Positions 60,543-64,000 of a stretch of 64,000 bases of DNA are shown here, one piece after another; the stretch's first letter is position 1; each line of letters begins with the position of its first letter. Origin of the DNA: a virus. The translations under genes were made by a program, and so were the position numbers. Location: the IMG/VR virus record IMGVR_UViG_3300044701_004608, positions 32,001-96,000 of that record; one strand, written 5' to 3'. Below the pieces are notes generated by a model. It was not told where the DNA came from. It saw only the letters and a list, made by a program, of their open reading frames with translations, and searched no databases.

Positions 60543-61705
60543 TATAGGTGTGGTACCTTTGACTTTTTCTTGCTATTATACACGCCCGGCGAAAGGAAAA
60601 CAACCTTTTCAGAATTTTGCACCATCATCTGTCGCTCTCCCCCGGTTATTATGCCAGCTGAAGTGATTAACAACGGTATAGCGTGTCGAGTTATGGGTTT
60701 GATCGAGTGTACCACTTTCGCGCCGGGCAAGAAATCTCGGTTTTTCTTTGAGTTACCAATGACATCTATTTCATTTTCATCGAACACTTGTCTTAATACT
60801 TGTAGTAGTCGATTGGAAAGGTCGGGTTCATAGACCACGATCGGGTATCGTTTCGTCACTGAAGAATAGTCCTTGATTAGCAAAGCCAATGGAAGCAAAT
60901 CGTCGGAATTGTGCTGTGATTCTCGGTTTAGCATCAATGACATTAGATTTTTTCCAAATCTTTTTTCGAAATCTTCTACTATCTCATTGCTAACTGTGTA
61001 GCCCAATAATGACGAACTGTCTACTAATTCAACAATGTTTTCTAGGTCTAGTTTTCCTATATTGTCATTGATGTAATACATCAATGAATCATGGGCATTG
61101 GTGATTTCAAATACTTCCCCAACTTGTCTCAACTTGATATCATAAGGGTGAAGTTCAATACTCTTGATAGCTTCTGCGAAGGATCTCGCATGTGCAGAGA
61201 TTTCAAAAACATTTAGTTCTCCCCAAGTTACTGCCCAATTGATGTTGTATTCAGTTAATGCCATCTTCCATACCCGTGCTTCAGCGTCCCAATAGCAGTA
61301 CCCTTGGCTTTTCTTTGAGAACTCACGTATCTCCTCGATGCTGGATTTTTCGTAACAGAACTTCAGCACTATCTCTCCATCAACGACATCGATGCTCTTA
61401 GTAGTGTCGACTACTCGAAAAGGTTGTCGGAACTGGTTGAGATTTTCACGACGTGAATCAATTCCCATAGAGGCCAGTTGTCGGTGATACTTGTCGATGA
61501 TTTTAACCAACAATTCACCTTGTCGCTCAGTGAGGGCATTACCGCCGATGGTAGTTTCGCTCATGTTTTGCAATACCGACACATCATAACGGGCTAAATT
61601 GATGATGGGGTTGAACCAGTTTAGGCCAGACGTCTTGAGTGTAGTAGGATCACGCAGCCCGGAAATCACTTCAAGATAGTCCTCAACATATTCGTATTTC
61701 TTCAT
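60542..61705 (-). CDS. Hypothetical protein coupled to the helicase
   Basis: Start MKKYEY just after a promoter; LTERQ..L..I.KY.RQL; WD...VW. Confidence 0.7.
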   Translation of the reverse strand: MKKYEYVEDYLEVISGLRDPTTLKTSGLNWFNPIINLARYDVSVLQNMSETTIGGNALTERQGELLVKIIDKYHRQLASMGIDSRRENLNQFRQPFRVVDTTKSIDVVDGEIVLKFCYEKSSIEEIREFSKKSQGYCYWDAEARVWKMALTEYNINWAVTWGELNVFEISAHARSFAEAIKSIELHPYDIKLRQVGEVFEITNAHDSLMYYINDNIGKLDLENIVELVDSSSLLGYTVSNEIVEDFEKRFGKNLMSLMLNRESQHNSDDLLPLALLIKDYSSVTKRYPIVVYEPDLSNRLLQVLRQVFDENEIDVIGNSKKNRDFLPGAKVVHSIKPITRHAIPLLITSAGIITGGERQMMVQNSEKVVFLSPGVYNSKKKSKVPHL

Positions 61706-61711
61706 CCTGTA

Positions 61712-61741
61712 AGTATATGCTAACCGAGAACAAAAAGTCAA
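61712..61741 (-). promoter_or_regulatory. Sigma70-type promoter, near-leaderless
   Basis: TTGACT-18-TATACT, 6 nt before ATG 61705. Confidence 0.6.
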
Positions 61742-61742
61742 T

Positions 61743-61773
61743 AAAAAAACCCCGGACTGTTACCAATCCGGGG
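61743..61773 (-). terminator. Intrinsic terminator
   Basis: CCCCGGA...TCCGGGG followed by T7. Confidence 0.75.
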
Positions 61774-61826
61774 CAAAAACAGGTCGGGGCTAGGAGCTAG
61801 ACAAGGGATGCCACGACCCGAACGGC

Positions 61827-62882
61827 TTACGCCGATTTCATACAAGTCACTGACGCCATCGACTTCCACTTCAGTGGGAAGGATTTACGCAAGTCAGCGA
61901 TCTTGATAGCCATACGCAACGACATCTCACGCATCTTGTTCTTGTTCTCGTCCAAGAAGTTCAAGATCTCGTCTTTGGCACACTCGTCGAAGTCATACTC
62001 TTCGAACAGTTGACCGTCACCAGCGATCTGCTTGATTCGCAGGATCTTGTCACGCATGGTGTCCAGTGTGAGATCCAGATAGTGACAACGGCTTTGGAGA
62101 GCGTCCAAGTGGTCACGGAGTTTCTGGGATTTCATCTGATCGAACTTCAAGTTGGTGATGAAGATCACGGAGCCTTTGAACTCGAAACTGTCAGGCACAC
62201 CTTCACGACGGAGCATGTGGCTGTCCGACAACCAGGAAATCTTGCGCTTCTTGCCTGAGTCCAGAGCACCTTTGAGCAGGTTCAACGAAGTGTCGTCCAG
62301 CAATACGCTGTCACAGTCGTCAAACACCAGGACGCAATTGGGGTCGGAATACTTGTAGAGGGTACAGTATAAGCCCAGAGCAGAAGTGCTACCTTTGACC
62401 ACTTCGGCACGGAGACGCTTACCGGCTACTTGATCGAACAGGCAAGCCTTTTCCACGATGCGCTCGACACCGTATGACTTACCAACTCCGGGAGGGCCCG
62501 AAACGATCATAGCACGGATCTCGCCATTGGTAGCGGCAGTGGCCATTTCGTCTAGGATTTCAAAACGCTCACGGATACGAGCCATGATCTCTTCGTCAGT
62601 CTCGGCAGATTTGGCTTCGGCACCTTTAGACTCAACCACGGGTTCGTTGCCGGCTTCGACGAACTCGGCTTCAGAAACGAACTCGTATGCTGTCATGGAA
62701 TCTACCTTTACGCGGATCTCATCGGGGAAGCCAGGAAACTGGCCGGAATTCTTCACTGTCACATACCCGCCTTTGGCAGTCATTTTAAACTGCTCAACGA
62801 GTTGGAACACTTGACCCGACACATCGTTGGTGCGATAAGCGCCGGATTTGATACGAACGAAAGTGCTTTGTTTTGACATCAT
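61827..62882 (-). CDS. AAA+/P-loop ATPase
   Basis: Walker A GPPGVGKS, Walker B LVFDDCD, FITN, SRC. Confidence 0.85.
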   Translation of the reverse strand: MMSKQSTFVRIKSGAYRTNDVSGQVFQLVEQFKMTAKGGYVTVKNSGQFPGFPDEIRVKVDSMTAYEFVSEAEFVEAGNEPVVESKGAEAKSAETDEEIMARIRERFEILDEMATAATNGEIRAMIVSGPPGVGKSYGVERIVEKACLFDQVAGKRLRAEVVKGSTSALGLYCTLYKYSDPNCVLVFDDCDSVLLDDTSLNLLKGALDSGKKRKISWLSDSHMLRREGVPDSFEFKGSVIFITNLKFDQMKSQKLRDHLDALQSRCHYLDLTLDTMRDKILRIKQIAGDGQLFEEYDFDECAKDEILNFLDENKNKMREMSLRMAIKIADLRKSFPLKWKSMASVTCMKSA

Positions 62883-62911
62883 CTGCTCCTGTTTTTTTAC
62901 TGTATGTCTAT

Positions 62912-62940
62912 ATTATATAGAAATGGGAAATATCGGTCAA
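62912..62940 (-). promoter_or_regulatory. Sigma70-type early promoter
   Basis: TTGACC-17-TATAAT. Confidence 0.8.
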
Positions 62941-63016
62941 CCACCCCAAAATCCCCCAAATTCTAGGTGTTGTTTTTACGCAACACCCCAAAATCCCTTG
63001 TTTTTATTATGCGTTT

Positions 63017-63045
63017 ATTTTACGAAATCACGAAATATTGGTCAA
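63017..63045 (-). promoter_or_regulatory. Second tandem early promoter
   Basis: TTGACC-17-TAAAAT. Confidence 0.65.
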
Positions 63046-63460
63046 CCTCTTTGGCACGGACATAGGCCTCGATGAGTTGGGTGTTTGGGACACCATGTTG
63101 GGCGTAGCCCTTGGTGACCATGAAATAGTAGGAAGTAGAGGGTATCGCTGGGATCTGATTTTCGGGGTTCATCTGGTAAGTGATAGCCCGCACGGTCTCC
63201 CCGTTCCATTCCACATCCACTTCGAATCGTGTGTAGTAGAGAGGATACCCTTCCAAGGCATCCAACGCCATCAAACAATCCTCGGTGATCTCCCACAGCA
63301 CACCATCACAGTATTCGTCGCCCATGTTCATGAGATCGGCGTGGCGGTTGAATGTGAACTTGTAGCCGGGCAATCGGGCGTGGCCCAGGCTCCGGGCATC
63401 GGGGCAACGATGTGCCATCTCCCCCACGTTGGTGTTCATACCATAAGCGAAATATTTCAT
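63020..63460 (-). CDS. Gamma-glutamylcyclotransferase (AIG2-like)
   Basis: YFAYG.N, GVLWEI, LD.LEGYP..Y. Confidence 0.88.
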   Translation of the reverse strand: MKYFAYGMNTNVGEMAHRCPDARSLGHARLPGYKFTFNRHADLMNMGDEYCDGVLWEITEDCLMALDALEGYPLYYTRFEVDVEWNGETVRAITYQMNPENQIPAIPSTSYYFMVTKGYAQHGVPNTQLIEAYVRAKEVDQYFVIS

Positions 63461-63768
63461 GACTGTCGCATACTCTCCATAGTGATCATTTTACCCAACT
63501 CGGCGTTGAAATCCTGCTCGTCGGTGATGATGTAGGCCCGATCATCTGTGCGATCTGTTTTTCGATCATAGACCCGGAAACTAACAACGAACCCGCCGAT
63601 CATCTTTTTCACGTTGATGCGGAGTCCATCGTTCCATGGTGTCACATCCTCTTCTACTGTGGCATATTTCGCCGAACTGAGACGCGATGTCTCTGCCACA
63701 TCGGCGATATCTCGATTATCCCAGGCCCACTTACACTTGCGGACAAACCATCGATCAAACCATTTCAT
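63457..63768 (-). CDS. Hypothetical protein
   Basis: ATGA-coupled; GG.VV..R.YD...DR. Confidence 0.7.
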   Translation of the reverse strand: MKWFDRWFVRKCKWAWDNRDIADVAETSRLSSAKYATVEEDVTPWNDGLRINVKKMIGGFVVSFRVYDRKTDRTDDRAYIITDEQDFNAELGKMITMESMRQS

Positions 63769-64000
63769 ACTGCGATCCTTTCTGTTTCTTTCTTTGTTTT
63801 GTTGGCCAGCACGCCAAACACTTCTCGTTTCTCGGCGTTGAGTTTGGCCACACGCTGGCGCTCACGTTCAGCATCTTCAAACTTTTTTCGACGCTTGTCA
63901 TCGGTCATGCGCAACATAGCATCATACTGATGGGCTTTGGCCCAGCCGGTCAAGAATCGTTCCACGTCCGCGAATGTGCCTGTGTAGATCTCAGCATCTC
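63765..64000 (-). CDS. Hypothetical protein, 5'-truncated by the window edge
   Basis: Frame stays open to base 64000. Confidence 0.6.
   Translation of the reverse strand, partial: DAEIYTGTFADVERFLTGWAKAHQYDAMLRMTDDKRRKKFEDAERERQRVAKLNAEKREVFGVLANKTKKETERIAV

Noticed and set aside
3445-63535. Numerous plus-strand ORFs in the track antisense to minus-strand genes (e.g. 10275..10772, 38663..39295, 50622..51200, 63038..63535)
   Set aside because: Shadow frames of well-supported genes, with no motifs or ribosome-binding sites
1-64000. Stop-codon reassignment (alternative genetic code)
   Set aside because: Conserved genes are full length and densely packed under the standard code; TAA, TGA and TAG all end plausible genes

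Overview
64 kb segment of a large T4-like (myovirus-type) dsDNA phage genome, standard genetic code, almost all on the minus strand. The host is probably a proteobacterium, inferred from the IscU, ErpA and desaturase types. Core phage functions: DnaB-like helicase, primase, a miniature DnaE-like polymerase subunit, clamp-loader small subunit, UvsW-like helicase, NrdAB with glutaredoxin, PAAR, SleB-type cell-wall hydrolase, tail/fibre proteins and a block of probable head/internal proteins. Host-like auxiliary genes: rpsU (S21), hsp20, clpS, iscU-def-iscA-erpA, fatty-acid desaturase, PLP aminotransferase, radical SAM. Two accessory modules stand out. (1) At 2.3-13.1 kb, a late-expressed envelope module: CsgF, CsgG-SH3, two curlin-repeat proteins, FecR, a MotA/ExbD-like pair, a structured ncRNA candidate and a CHASE2 adenylate cyclase. 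(2) At 19.4-25.6 kb, a LuxR-headed 14-gene cassette of Tyr/Gly-rich peptides, BclA/C1q-like and small beta-repeat proteins, paired helical-bundle paralogs and a HiPIP-like protein, resembling a spore/cyst-coat assembly kit. Regulatory elements are readable directly: near-leaderless sigma70 early promoters, TAAATA late promoters, an RBS-sequestering hairpin, a ROSE-like thermometer and a triple palindromic operator. All protein calls come from motif recognition by eye; no database searches were run. Several start codons were moved relative to the ORF track.
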